In this document: positions 1 to 12,582 of the stretch, piece by piece | Numbering within the stretch: the stretch's first letter is position 1 | Layout: each line of letters begins with the position of its first letter | Source of the DNA: Chiloscyllium plagiosum | Lineage: Eukaryota | Reading direction: 5' to 3' | Assembly: GCF_004010195.1 (NCBI RefSeq) | Contig: NC_057719.1 | Coordinates: 3,331,470 to 3,395,469 of the forward strand | Length of the DNA: 64,000 nt | The notes under the pieces: model-generated | What the model was told of the DNA's origin: nothing | The model's database searches: none | Seen by the model: only the letters and a program-made list of their open reading frames with translations | Translations under genes and position numbers: made by a program

Positions 1-580
1 ACACACACACAGACAAAGACCCACATGCACACATATATTTTGTGGGGTGAATTTGTACTTGCAGAGTTACATTGCACTTTGCTCAAAAACTGCATGCATT
101 CATGTAGAACTCTGAGCTCAAAAACTGCATGAATTTATGTAAAACTCCGTTATCTCACGTTTTAGATTAGAATCAATCTAAACATCAGGTCATAGACAGA
201 GAACACAGGGGGCCATCACCTTCAACATATTGTCTAGCTATCACCATTGTTAACAGCTAACCCGAGAATGCTGTTTTTTAACTTTTTTAAAAAAAAAGTT
301 TTGTGATTTACACATGAAAGAAGTGAAACTATCACTGTATTCTAACAGATGAAAGGCTTAACAGACAATCAATTTTTCAATATATAATTTCAGTTACATC
401 ACACTGTAAATTTTTGCTATAAATGCTGTGTGTTAGGATTGAGCCCTCCACTACCACCTGATGAAGGAGCATCGCTCCGAAAGCTAGTGTGCTTCCAATT
501 AAACCTGTTGGACTATAACCTGGTGTTGTGTGATTTGTAACTTTTTACACCCCAGTCCAACACCAGCATCTCCGAATCAT
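1..580 (+). mobile_element. Penelope-like element 3' end / pseudo-LTR
   Basis: Homologous to the tail (26160-26650) of the RT + GIY-YIG element; CA microsatellite and hammerhead motif. Confidence 0.75.
455..489 (+). ncRNA. Minimal hammerhead ribozyme motif, family A
   Basis: CAC-CTGATGA-A-GGAGC-atc-GCTCC-GAAA-GC-TA-GTG: core boxes, helix II, CAC/GTG helix I. Confidence 0.75.
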
Positions 581-589
581 AGGCAGAAG

Positions 590-782
590 TAGGTCCTGCA
601 GATGTTGGAGATTAGAGTCAAGATTAGAGTAGTGCTGGAAAAGCACAGCAGGAAAATCGACATTTCGGGCAAAAGCCCTTCATCGTTCCTGATGAAGGGC
701 TTATGCCCGAAACATCAATACTCCTGCTCCTCGGATGCTGCCTAACCTGCTGTGGTGTTCCAGAACCACTCTAATCTTGACT
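590..782. mobile_element. Short Penelope-type terminal fragment in inverted arrangement, with hammerhead family B (686-720)
   Basis: AGTCAAGATTAGAGTAGTGCTGGAA...TTCCAGAACCACTCTAATCTTGACT inverted repeat; CTGATGA-A-GGGC-ttat-GCCC-GAAA core. Confidence 0.65.
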
Positions 783-1454
783 CAGTGAGTATTGATACAA
801 CTGTGACAAGAAAGTGCTGGAGAAACAGTCCCATAGGGCCTGTACTGTGCTGTAAGGTCTGTTTCCATGCTTTACATCTCTATGATTCTATGTTCTAAAC
901 TCAGGCAGTGGAGAGAGAAAGCCATGTTATTTTCGAATCTAGAATCATTCTTCATCATAAGGTTCTGATGAAGAGTCAATGGACATGAAATGTGAATTCT
1001 ACCCTCTCTCCACAAATACTGCCAGACCTGCTGAGTCTCTCCACCACTTTCTGTTTATCTATCAGATCTTCAGGGTCTGGAGTCCTTTGTTTTATTCTCG
1101 TGTTCCAAGCGAGACTGCCCTTTTTCTTTTTTTGAGATTTGGTAATCTACTTTTCGCACTGAGTAACTAAATACACTTAAGACATCAAATAAACCTTCAA
1201 CAGGGGATCTAAATTAACGCTGCTCTTTGATGTTGAGGTGAAAACTCAGCTGCTATCTCATTGTCAATGTTTCTTGCCTGGGCCCTGCTCGTTATTACAC
1301 AAGGTATCGTCAAAACCTGGGATCCCTTTCCTGAAAATCTGATAGTGCAAAAGACCACCTGAAATTTATAAGCCTGAGGTTGAGGTTCTTTTGTTGGGTA
1401 ATGTATCATGAGATATGGAGTGACGGCTTAGACAGATATTTAGCGGACAAGGAG

Positions 1455-1690
1455 CAACACGGTGGCTCAGTGGTTAGCACTGCTACCTCACAGTGCCAGC
1501 GACCTGGGTTCGATTCCAGTCTTGGGCGACTGTCTGCGTGGAGTTTGCATATTCTCCCCATGTCGGTATGGGTTTGCTCCGGTTCCCTCCTATAGTCCAG
1601 TGATGTGCAGGTTAGAGTGGGATTGGCTGTGGGAAGTGCAGGGTTATTGGGATAAAGTGGGGTGGTGTGGACTCGATGGGCCTGTCAGCT
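1455..1690 (+). mobile_element. tRNA-derived SINE (degenerate)
   Basis: A box GGTGGCTCAGTGGTTAGC and B box GGTTCGATTCC. Confidence 0.75.
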
Positions 1691-1902
1691 GACAAGGAAA
1701 GCTATCAGTTGTATTTTTATACAGCCCATGCACCATGGGGCACAGTGGTAGTGTCCCTACCTCTGAGTCAGAAGTCCCACCTGCTCCAGTGATGTATAAT
1801 AACAGCTCTGAACAAGATGAGCGGAAAGTATGTACCTTAAGACCCAGAGGGAGGCATCCCATTTCAGCTCATCAAACAGGCTGAGGGAAGTCAAAGGGGT
1901 AG

Positions 1903-2548
1903 TGTTATGGACCAGGTCAGACCTCCTCAAAACATTTCAAGAAAGTAGCCCAGACTCTAACTTTGCTGGTTGTTTGAAGCAGGTGTAAAGCAGATATTCC
2001 AGGAGGGATGCAGTTGGCCAAACCATGCTTTTTAAAAATAAAACGGCATTTATTTACAAGATTACCGAATGAAACACAAACGAAAGAGAACGGAATACAG
2101 GATAACGTAATCTGTCAGAAAACCAACCAGATCATCTCAACTTAATGATGTTGTTCCAAATATTTGCAACAATCCCCTTAAACACCCCTTGGCACAGAAG
2201 GTAAACTCAAACACAGCGTCTTCCAGGAGAGATGTCAGAGGAGGTAGGATTAGCCTGGACTGGCCTCTTTGGTTCCAGCAGCCTCTTCACTGCCTGATAG
2301 CCTTCAGTGAAGAGCCAGTCTGCTAAACCAGAAGAAAGCTGAGCTGGAAGAACTGGTCACTCCTCTTTCGTTCTACAAGTGCTTTTTTAAAACTTGAAAG
2401 CCTTTTTTCTGTGGCAGTATCTGTTAGCTATAATCGAATTGGCCATAAAACCCTTCAAAGCCCAGACTTTTTGGAGTCTGTGTCTTTTACGACCCCTCAG
2501 AAGAAAAAACGGACAGCATAACCTTGTTAAAGGAGCAGCATCATCTCA
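1903..2548 (-). mobile_element. Solo LTR related to the LTRs of the Gypsy element at 51818-58628
   Basis: Starts TGTTATGGACC, the reverse complement of the LTR end GTCCATAACA; flanks GTAG/GTCG resemble a 4-bp TSD. Confidence 0.7.
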
Positions 2549-3144
2549 GTCGATATGACACTTGAGTGGATAGAGAAAGGAAAGGGATTCACAGAATTCC
2601 GTCAAAGTGGGTCACCCACAGAAAGGATAACAATCACAGACTGCTTTGAGCTCAGCACCTGGCATGGCCGTAACAAGGTGATCAGTGCAGTTCAGCAGGC
2701 TAGAGGGAGAGGGACTGTCTGAAAGGAATAAGCTACAGACCCATCCCAGACACAGTTAGATCAATCTGAGTGTGATTATGGTAAAAACAAGTGATTCCTT
2801 GAAGTAAATAGAGAGAGCAGATCAGATAGGAATATCAAATTTCACTAATGCATTCACATCATTTCATCATAATAACAAAAGGGGGGCTTTGACCAAAGCA
2901 GTATAGAGAGACAAGTCATTGTTCACTTGTCCTCTCAGAAAGAGAATCAAAAAAGGGTTTGAATCAGGGAAAGGAACACATCATGTTCCAGTTGAAGAAC
3001 TAACAGTCATCTTAGATTCAGAGAAGAGCTTATGCCCGAAACATTGATTCTCCTGCTCCTCAGATGCTGCCTGACCTGCTGTGCTTTTCCAGCAACACAC
3101 TCTTGACTCTTATCTCCAGCATCTGCAGTCCTCACTTTCTCCTA

Positions 3145-5880
3145 ACATCCTCCTCAACCTCTTTTGCAATCTCTCCAAAGTCTCTACATCCTTCCTTTAG
3201 TGTGGGGATCAGGACTGCACACAGTTCTCCAAATGTGGCCTAACTAAAGTCTTAGACAGCTGTAACATGATTTGCTAACTTTTATACTCAGTGCCCTGAC
3301 CAATGAAGACATTTTTGCCAGAAGCCTTCTTTACCACCTTATCCACTTGTGATGCCACTTTCAGAGAGCTATGGACTCGAATCCCAAGATCCCTCTGTAT
3401 ATCAATGTTCCTAAAGGTCCTGCCATTTAATGTTCACTTTCCTCTTGCATTTGACCTCCCACAATGCATCACCTCACACTTGTCTGGATTAAACTCTATC
3501 TGCCATTTCTCTGTCCAACTGATCTGCATCCTTTGACAGCCGTCCTCGCTATCCACATCTCCACCAATTTTCACATCATCTTCAAACTTACTAATCAGAT
3601 CGCTTACATTTTCATCTAAGGGATGTTTATATTTATTACAAACAACAGAGGTCTCAGCATGAATTCTTATGGAACACAACTGACCACTTGAGCTAGAAAA
3701 CACCGTTTCACAATTACCCTTGGTCTTCTATGACCAAGCCAATTTTGTAGTTTACTCTGGATCCCATGTGACTTCATCTTCTGGCCCAACCTACCATGAC
3801 AGATCTTGTCAAACACTTTAATAAAGACTGTGTAGACAACATCCACAGACCTGCCCTCATCAATCACCTTTCTCAAAAGCTGCGATCAAATTTGTGAGAC
3901 AAAGCCATGCTGACGATCCCTAATAGGTCCATTCTTTTCCAAACATGAGCAAATCCTGTCAGTGAGAATCATCTCCAATAATTTCCCTCCCACTGGTGTA
4001 AAGCTCACCAGCCTATAACTTCCTGGATTATCCCTGTTGCCCTTCTTAAACAAAGGAACAACATTGGCCATTCTCCGATCTTCTGGCACTCTCTGGTGAC
4101 TAAAGAGGATACAAAGACCTTTGTTAAGGCCCCAGCATTCGCCTCCCTCAGTATGCTTGGATAGATCCCATCAGATCCTGGGATTTTTTTTTACCTTAAT
4201 GTTTTTCAAGACACCCAACACTTACTCCTTTATAATATCGACATATCTTAGACTAGCAACATGCCTTTCTCTAATAGCGTCATAGAGACATACAGCACAG
4301 ATACAAACCCATAACTTATCCACGCCAACCAGGTTTCCTAAATGAAACTAATTCCATTTGCCTGCATTTGGCCCATATCCCTTTGAACCTTTTCTATTCA
4401 CACACTTGCCTTTTAAATATTGTAACAGTACCCATCCCCACCACTCAGAAAAACCCATCAACTTATACAGGTTCCACGTTTCCCAGAAGCTGTCCCAATG
4501 ATCCAAAAGTACAAAGCCTTCCTGCCTCCACCATCCCTTCAGCCACATATTCATTTTCCTATTCCTATACTCCATAGTAGTGCGCAGAACTGGAAGTAAC
4601 CTGGAGATTACAACATTAATCCTCTTTAATCTACTGCTTAATTCTAAATTCTAGTTGCAGGACCTATTTTCTTTCTTACCTGTAATATTGGTACCAAGAT
4701 GTACTATGATCTTACCATCATCCATGTCCTTCGCCTTGGTGAATACTAATGTGAAATACTCTTTAAGGACCTCGCTCACTTCATCTGGCTCCACACATAA
4801 ATCCCCTCCTTTCTCCTTGACTGGAGCTATCCTTTCCAGATTAGAGTGGTGCTGGAAAAAGCACAGCAAGTCAGGCAGCATCCGAGGAGCAGGAGAATCG
4901 ACGTTTTGGACAAAAGCCCTTCATCAAGATTCCTGGACCTATCCTTTCCCTACTTATGCCTCTTGCCTTGGGATTCTTCATAATCCTACTTGCCAAAGAT
5001 ATTTCCTGACCCTTTCTCACTTTCCTAATTCCTTGTTTAAGTTTTTTTTCCCCCAGTTTCTTTATATTTTCTAAACAATCTTGTGTAATTCCAGTTTCCT
5101 AAACCTTACATATGCTTCCTTTTCCTTTTTAACTAAACTTCCAATATCTCTTGTCATCCAGGGTTCCATAAGACCATAAGATATAGGAGCAGAAGTTAGG
5201 CCATTTGGCCCATCGAGTCTGCTCTGCCATTCAATCCCATTTTCCCATTTTCTCCCTGTAACCTTTGCCCTTGGCAATCAAGAACTTATCTATCTCCATC
5301 TTAAATATACTCAATGACCTGGCCTCCACAGCCTTCTGTGGCAGTGAGTTCCATCGATTCCCCACTTTCTGGCTGAAGAAGTATCTCCGTTCTAAAAGGT
5401 CTTCCCTTTACTCACAGGCTGTGCCCTCAGGTCCCAGTCTCTCCTACCAATGGAAACATCTTCCCAATGTTCACTCTGTCCAGGCTGTTCAGTATTCTGT
5501 AAGTTTCGGTCAGATCCTCCTTCATCCTTCTAAGCTCCGTCACGTATAGTCCCAGAGTCCTCATACATTCTTCATATGTTAATCCTTTCATTCCTGAGAC
5601 CATTCTCATGAACGTCCTCTCGATCTGCTCCAGGGTCAATACATTCTCCCTGAGGTAAGGATTCCCGAGTCTCACCATTCTTATCTTTCATCCTCACAGG
5701 AACATGCTGGGCCTGAACTCTGATTAACTGGCCTTTAAAAGACTCGCACATGTCAGGCATGGATTTACTCTCAAACAGCTGTCCCCAATCTAGTTCCAGG
5801 CTAATACCGTTGTAACGAGTCTTCTCTCCCCCCCCAGTTTAGCACTATCACCCATTGGTCAGTTTTATCCTTATCCAAAA
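3145..5880 (-). mobile_element. Fragmented, nested CR1-clade LINEs
   Basis: Minus-strand peptides ANVVPLFKKG, QHGFV, KVFDKICH, SKFEDDVKIGG, WQIEFNPDKCEVMH; (CATAGA)/(CATAAG) tails. Confidence 0.85.
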
Positions 5881-6214
5881 CCGTCTACTTCTGTGATGTA
5901 ACTGTCCTGTAGTTACTATGGGACCTGCATTAGAAACGACATTGGAAACTATATTACATCAACTATTTGTGTGCAACTGGAACAGACCCTGTGTGCATTT
6001 TCTCTACCCTTTGTCTTCACTATGTACCTTTTTATTTCAAACAGCATGAAAACTATTTCTATTTTTTTTCACTGTAATGGAAAAGGTCATGAACATGGAT
6101 GGAATGCACTGTCAGTGGTGTTAGTAGAGTCAGAGACATTAAGGACATTTAAGTGACTCATGGATAGGCACATGAAAGATAGTATAATGAAGGGTATGTA
6201 GGTTAGACTGTTGT

Positions 6215-7555
6215 TTGGTACCCATGGGGATGACCTCAACTGGGACCTTGGGTTCATGTCACACTACAGGTGGCTCCACTGCATTACACACAAACACAGA
6301 CACACACACACACACAGACGCTCCTAGATTCTTGCAGACACACATGCACACAGACACACACAATCCTACAGACCCATACACTCACGCAGACCTCTCTCAT
6401 ACACAAGCTCTCTCTCATCCACTCCCACATACACTCCCACCCTCATACACACAACTTCTCACAAGCATATACCCCTTTACACTCAAACACATGCACACAT
6501 TCTCTCACAAACACTTATACGCCCCCCCCCATACACACACCCACATGCACACACACGCACACATGTTTGTGAGATGAATTTGTACTTGCAGAGTCACATT
6601 TTATTTTGCTCAAAAGCTGCTTAGATCAATGTAAGATTCTGTAAATCCATTTTTTAGATTAGAATCAGTCTGACCACTTTGGCATAGGCAGCCTCAAACA
6701 GGGTACCTCACACCTTCAATGCATTATCTGGGCTGACATGGCACCTATTATTAAAGTTCCCTTGAGAATGTAGCCTTAAGAAAGTTCTGGAATTTGAGAT
6801 GTGAGATTCTGTAAATCCATTTTTTAGATTAGAAACAGTCTGACCAGTGTGGCACAAACAGTCTCACACAGGGAAGCTCACAACTTAACTGCATTATCTG
6901 GGCCAACATGACACCAATTGTTAAAGTCCACTTGTGGGCGGCACGGTGGCCCAGTGGTTAGCACTGCTGCCTCACAGCGCCTGTAGACCCGGGTTCAATT
7001 CCCGACTCAGGTGACTGACTGTGTGGAGTTTGCACATTCTCCCCGTGTCTGCGTGGGTTTCCTCCGGGTGCTCCGGTTTCCTCCCACAGTCCAAAGATGT
7101 GCGGGTCAGGTGAATTGGCCATGCTAAATTGCCTGTAGTGTTAGGTTAAAGGGGTGGATGTAGGGGTATGGGTGGGTTGCGCTTCGGCGGGTCGGTGTGG
7201 ACTTGTTGGGCCGAAGGGCCTGTTTCCACACTGTAAGTAATCTAATCTAATCTAATGTAACTCTTAAAAAAGGTTTTGTGATTTACATATGAAAGAACTG
7301 AAACCAACATGGTCATTCCAAAAGATGAGAGACTTAATAAACAATCCAGGTCTTTTTCAATATATAATTTCAGTTACATCACACGGTAAATGTTTGCTAT
7401 CAATGTTTTATTTTACGATCTCATATTTCACAACCTGATGAAGGAGCAGCGCTCCGAAAGCTAGTGCTTCCAAATAAACCTGTTGGACTATAACCTGGTG
7501 TTGTGTGATTTTTAACTTCGTACACCCCAGTCCACCACTGGCACCTCCAAATCTA
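6215..7555 (+). mobile_element. Penelope-like 3' end with CA-rich tract, internal duplication, hammerhead (7432-7466) and inserted SINE
   Basis: Homologous to 25965-26650; CTGATGAAGGAGCAGCGCTCCGAAAGCTAGTG. Confidence 0.75.
6935..7255 (+). mobile_element. Full-length tRNA-derived SINE (HE1/V-SINE-like)
   Basis: A box TGGCCCAGTGG, B box GGTTCAATTCC, CR1-like tail GGGCCGAAGGGCCTGTTTCC and (TAATC)n end; near-identical to 52645-52960. Confidence 0.85.
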
Positions 7556-8187
7556 GGTTAGTCTGATCTTAGAGTAGTATTAAAGGTCGGCACAACATTG
7601 AGGGCTGAAGCGCCTGTACTGTGTTTCAATGTTCTCTGTTGTAGTTTCTATGTATCTCATGATAATGCAGGTTTTGAAGAACATTTAAAAGGACATTTCC
7701 ATTTTAAAACTCTGCACATTGGAAACATCGTCAATCACTTAAAAAACGCCTCTCCAAGATTGGAGTCTGCAGCAGGTCATTGTCTGTTGCAGAAGAATGT
7801 CTTTAAGAGATTTCCACAGGTTCCTAGTCGCATATCACAAAAGGAAGATGTGAGAATACAGCTAACCTGTATGAACATTGGAGAAAGAATAGGCTATTCA
7901 GCCCCTTTAGCTGAGTCACCACTCCTGCCCCAAAGCCATACTCCTGAGCTATCCACACAGCTTGCCTTTCCATCCTCACGGGACTGTGTACGGGCTTTTG
8001 GGCCGGGCCTCACCTGCTCCCATCTGCTTTCTTTTCCATTTATTTCTGCTCTTTGTTGTTCTCCTGTTCCTTGTTCATTTTCTCTTTTCTTTAAAGTCTT
8101 TTGATGAGTTGGGTTAATCAGTGGCTCCAGCAGATCAGAAACAGCAGGCCATGTGTGGAACAGTGGGCAGCTTCCCAGTGATTGGCA

Positions 8188-10690
8188 GCGGGAAAGGGAT
8201 CCTCCTGGGGTCAGGGAGAAGGGGATCCTCCTGGGGTCAGGGAGAAGGGGATCCTCCCAGGGTCAGGGGTAAGGGGATCCTCCCAAGGTCAGGGGTCAGG
8301 GGATCCGTCCAGGGTCAGGAGTAAGGGGATCCGCCCAGGGTCAGGGGTAAGGGGATCCTCCCAAGGTCAGGGGTAAGGGGATCCGTCCAGGGTCAGGGGT
8401 AAGGGGATCCGCCCAGGGTCAGGGGTAAGGGGATCCTCCCAAGGTCAGGGGTCAGGGGATACTGCCAGGGTCAGGGGTAAGGGGATCCTCCTGGGGGTCA
8501 GGGATAAGGGGATCCTCCTGGGGTCAGGGGTAAGGGGATACTGCTGGGGTCAGGGGTAAGGGGAACTGCCTGGGGGCCAGGGGTAAGAGTATCCTCCAGG
8601 GGTCAGGGATAAGGGGATCTGCCCACAGGGGTCAGGAGTAAGGGGATCCTCCTGGAGGTCAGGGGTGTGGGGATCCTCCCAAGGTCAGGGGTCAGGGGAT
8701 CCTGCCAGGGTCAGGGGTAAGGGGATCCTCCTGGGGGTCAGGGATAAGGGGATCCTCCTGGGGTCAGGGGTAAGGGGATACTGCTGGGGTCAGGGGTAAG
8801 GGGAACTGCCTGGGGGCCAGGGGTAAGAGTATCCTCCAGGGGTCAGGGATAAGGGGATCTGCCCACAGGGGTCAGGAGTAAGGGGATCCTCCTGGAGGTC
8901 AGGGGTGTGGGGATCCTCCCAAGGTCAGGGGTCAGGGGATCCGTCCAGGGTCAGGGGTAAGGGGATCCGCCCAGGGTCAGGGGTAAGGGGATCCTCCCAA
9001 GGTCAGGGGTCAGGGGATCCGTCCAGGGTCAGGNNNNNNNNNNNNNNNNNNNNNNNNNNNNNNNNNNNNNNNNNNNNNNNNNNNNNNNNNNNNNNNNNNN
9101 NNNNNNNNNNNNNNNNNNNNNNNNNNNNNNNNNNNNNNNNNNNNNNNNNNNNNNNNNNNNNNNNNNNNNNNNNNNNNNNNNNNNNNNNNNNNNNNNNNNN
9201 NNNNNNNNNNNNNNNNNNNNNNNNNNNNNNNNNNNNNNNNNNNNNNNNNNNNNNNNNNNNNNNNNNNNNNNNNNNNNNNNNNNNNNNNNNNNNNNNNNNN
9301 NNNNNNNNNNNNNNNNNNNNNNNNNNNNNNNNNNNNNNNNNNNNNNNNNNNNNNNNNNNNNNNNNNNNNNNNNNNNNNNNNNNNNNNNNNNNNNNNNNNN
9401 NNNNNNNNNNNNNNNNNNNNNNNNNNNNNNNNNNNNNNNNNNNNNNNNNNNNNNNNNNNNNNNNNNNNNNNNNNNNNNNNNNNNNNNNNNNNNNNNNNNN
9501 NNNNNNNNNNNNNNNNNNNNNNNNNNNNNNNNNNNNNNNNNNNNNNNNNNNNNNNNNNNNNNNNNNNNNNNNNNNNNNNNNNNNNNNNNNNNNNNNNNNN
9601 NNNNNNNNNNNNNNNNNNNNNNNNNNNNNNNNNNNNNNNNNNNNTCACTTGCCCTTCACTCCTCCCTAGAACATCTTGACACCAAGAACAGCTATGTAAG
9701 AATCCTACTCATTGACTAAAGTTCAGCCTTCAACACTATTATCCCCTGGAGACTGATTACTGAACTCAGTGATCTCGGACTAAGCCCCACTCTCTACAAC
9801 TGGATCCTCAGTTCCCTGACCCACAGGCCACAATCAGTGAAGATTGGGGACAATATTACATCCTCACTAACACTCAACACTGGAGTCCCCCAGGGGTGTG
9901 TACTCAGCCCTTACTGTACTCACTGTACACCCATGACTGCAACGCCAAATACCAGACTAATGCCATTTACAAGTTCACTGATGACACCACCATACTCGGT
10001 TGAATCTCAGATGGCAACAAAACAGACTACAGACGGGAGGTGGAAGACCTGGAAAAATGGTGCACTGAGAACAACCTAGCTCTCAATGCTGGCAAAACCA
10101 AGGAACTCATTATTGACTTTCGGCGGGATGTTACTCATGCTCCTCTACACATTAACAGCACAGAGGTGGAACGAGTCGAGAATGTCAAGCTCCTGGGAGT
10201 GGTCATCCACAACAAGCTTTCTTGGATTCTTCAAGTGCATGCACTGGTTACAAAGGCCCAACAACGTCTCGTCTTCCTCAGGAAGCTGAGGAAATTTGGT
10301 ATGACGGCGAATACCCTTGCCAGTTTCAAAGCAGTTACTGTTGTTAGATACTGAATGGATTCACAAGCTCTTAACGTTCACCTGTCCCTGTGTTTTTGTT
10401 TTTGCCGCTGTTTACCTGTTATTTACTTATCGACGCTACTTAACTCTGTGTCCTGCCTGTATTGCTCACAAAACAAAACTTTTCACTGTGCCTCTGTACA
10501 CGGGACAATAAATTCAACTCAAAGCAATCTTCCCAGGATCAGGGGTAAGGGGATCCTCCTGGGGTCAGGGGTCAGGGGATCCTCCCAGGGTCAGGGGTTA
10601 GGGGATCCTCCCGGGGTCAGCGGAAAGGGGATCCTTCCAGGGTCAGGGGTAAGGGGATCGTCCCGGGGATCAGGAGTAAGGGGGTCCTCT
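8188..10690 (+). repeat. G-rich ~26-27 bp minisatellite with a 240-bp higher-order unit, interrupted by a gap and a Rex1 fragment
   Basis: Unit GGGGATCCTCCCAGGGTCAGGGGTAA; 8521-8700 recurs at 8761-8940; array resumes at 10530. Confidence 0.95.
9645..10525 (+). mobile_element. Rex1/Babar-type non-LTR retrotransposon fragment
   Basis: [55 protein letters not shown] and short tail. Confidence 0.8.
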
Positions 10691-10693
10691 TCC

Positions 10694-10915
10694 GCAAGGT
10701 GGCAGTGACAGTGTGGTATGCCCAGAGCAGGGACACCTGATCATCAGCAAGGAGGCAGTGACAGTGTGCTATGCCCAGAGCAGGGACACCTGATCATCAG
10801 CAAGGTGGCAGTGACAGTGTGGTATGCCCAGAGCAGGGACACCTGATCATCAGCAAGGTGGCAGTGACAGTGTGCTATGCCCAGAGCAGGGACACCTGGT
10901 CATCAGCAAGGTGGC
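10694..10915 (+). repeat. 53-bp tandem repeat, about 4.2 copies
   Basis: GCAAGGTGGCAGTGACAGTGTGGTATGCCCAGAGCAGGGACACCTGATCATCA starting at 10694, 10747, 10800, 10853, 10906. Confidence 0.95.
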
Positions 10916-11829
10916 AGCGGAGTTGGGCACTGCTGGTTGAAGGAAGAGTGTGGGTTCAGCACGGGACCCAGCGCTGGCATTGATGTGGTGGGCCCAATGG
11001 CAAAGAGATGGTGCCCAAACAGTGGAGAGTCCTACATTGGCAGAAAGTGGTGAGATGCAGGTGTCATTGGTAAACCAGCTCAGGGTTATGGTGGGGGCAA
11101 CAGAGTGAAAGCAGACTCTCAGTTATATCTTTTTGTTCTTAAACTGTCCGACATGGCATTGGATGTTGTGACAATTAAAGCTTTTCACTGTATGATTGAC
11201 TGTAAAATGTAAATGAATATAAATCATTCAAATCAATTCATCTCCTTTATGTCATTAGCAACTGGAAATGTATGCACTTGTGTCTTGATCAAACACAATT
11301 TCTAGGGGTAGAGAACTTCAAAACTTCACTGAGTGAAGTTCCCCATCAGCTCTGTCCCCAGTGGTTATTTATTTGATACTGAATCCCTTAGTTCCAGACT
11401 GTACAGCTAGGGGGGGTCTCTCCTCACCTGCCTCTGTTAAGTTTACTGAGATTTCCTCTCATGCTTCTTGACTCCAGAGAATAATGGCTTCATCGCTTCC
11501 CAGCAGCAGCCAGGAAGTCAGTCTGGCAAACTCTCACTGCACTTCGTCATCAGCAAATACACCCTCCCTTTGGCAAGCAACCAGAGCTCCCCATCCTGTT
11601 CCCAGTGCAGGCTCATCACTGTGTGCTGCAATTAAAGAAAATTCTCTTTGCTTCTGGACTCAAATCCCTTTGAGTTAAATGCTAACTGCTTGCTATATCT
11701 GTTTGCTAGCTTTCAGATACAAATAAACCAGGAAACCTAGGACCCTTCTTTGAACATTGTCACTTCTCATTGTTGAAATACTCTTCCTCCACAATTCCTG
11801 TTATCAAAGTGATAAACTCACACTCATCA

Positions 11830-12088
11830 CAGAATCCTTACAGTGTAAAAGCAGCCCATCAAGTCCACGCCAACCCTCTGAAGAGGTTCCCACCCACACA
11901 CCATCCCTGTAACCCTCCATTATGGCCAATCCACTCAAACCTGCATATCACCAAACTGTGCGAGGAAACCTACATAGTCATGGAGAGTGTGCAAACTCCA
12001 CGCTGATAGTTCCCAAGGGTGGAATCCAACCCGGGTCCCTGGCACTGTAAGGCAGCAGTACTAAACACTAAGCCACTGTGCCACCACA
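11830..12088 (-). mobile_element. tRNA-derived SINE (degenerate)
   Basis: Reverse-complement A box (CTAAGCCACTGTGCCACC) and B box (GGAATCCAACCC). Confidence 0.7.
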
Positions 12089-12191
12089 CCTGCATTAGAA
12101 TCTATCTACCATGCTCTTGCCCACTCACTCAGCCTGAGCAAATCCTCTTGAAAGCTCTTTGCATCATCCTCGCAACTCCTATTTCTACAAG

Positions 12192-12582
12192 TTTGTTTTG
12201 GATGTAAGTTAGCTCACTGAGCTGGAAGGTTTGTTTTCAGGCGTTTCGTCACTGTACTAGGTAACAGTATCAATGAGCCTCCGGATAAAGCATGGTGCTA
12301 GTGACCCGCTTTCAAGCATATAAATAGAAAGTGGCCTACACCACCAGTGCTTCATCTGGAGGCTCACTGAAGCACATCGACCTGGACCCAATATACCGAC
12401 CACTGCAGCGGACAGCTGGAACTGACAACCGGAAGCGACAGATTCAAACCACTACAAATGCCGGAGGAAAGATCACAGAAGCGCTTCACAGGAGACTCCC
12501 AAGCACTGAGGATGTCACCTAGACAGGGGACGAAACGTCTGCAACACAAATTCCCAGCTCGGCGAACAGAACTGCAACAACC
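12192..12582. mobile_element. Penelope-type terminal fragments in opposite orientation
   Basis: 12195-12310 resembles the inverted pseudo-LTR at 46316; sense hammerhead at 12503-12542. Confidence 0.6.
12503..12542 (+). ncRNA. Minimal hammerhead ribozyme motif, family C variant
   Basis: GCA-CTGAGGA-T-GTCACC-tagaca-GGGGAC-GAAA-CG-TC-TGC. Confidence 0.7.

Noticed and set aside
6215..6577. His/Thr-rich ORFs (also 25726-26264 and 50625-51175)
   Set aside because: Products of CA microsatellites, mostly in or beside Penelope tails.
7598..8104. 168-aa ORF
   Set aside because: Non-ATG start in a repeat tail, overlaps decayed repeat sequence, no domain.
8121..9669. Gly/Ser-rich ORFs
   Set aside because: Translations of the minisatellite and the N gap.
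10694..10915. 53-bp repeats as CRISPR or coding repeat
   Set aside because: Plain tandem copies without spacers; the unit length is not a multiple of three.
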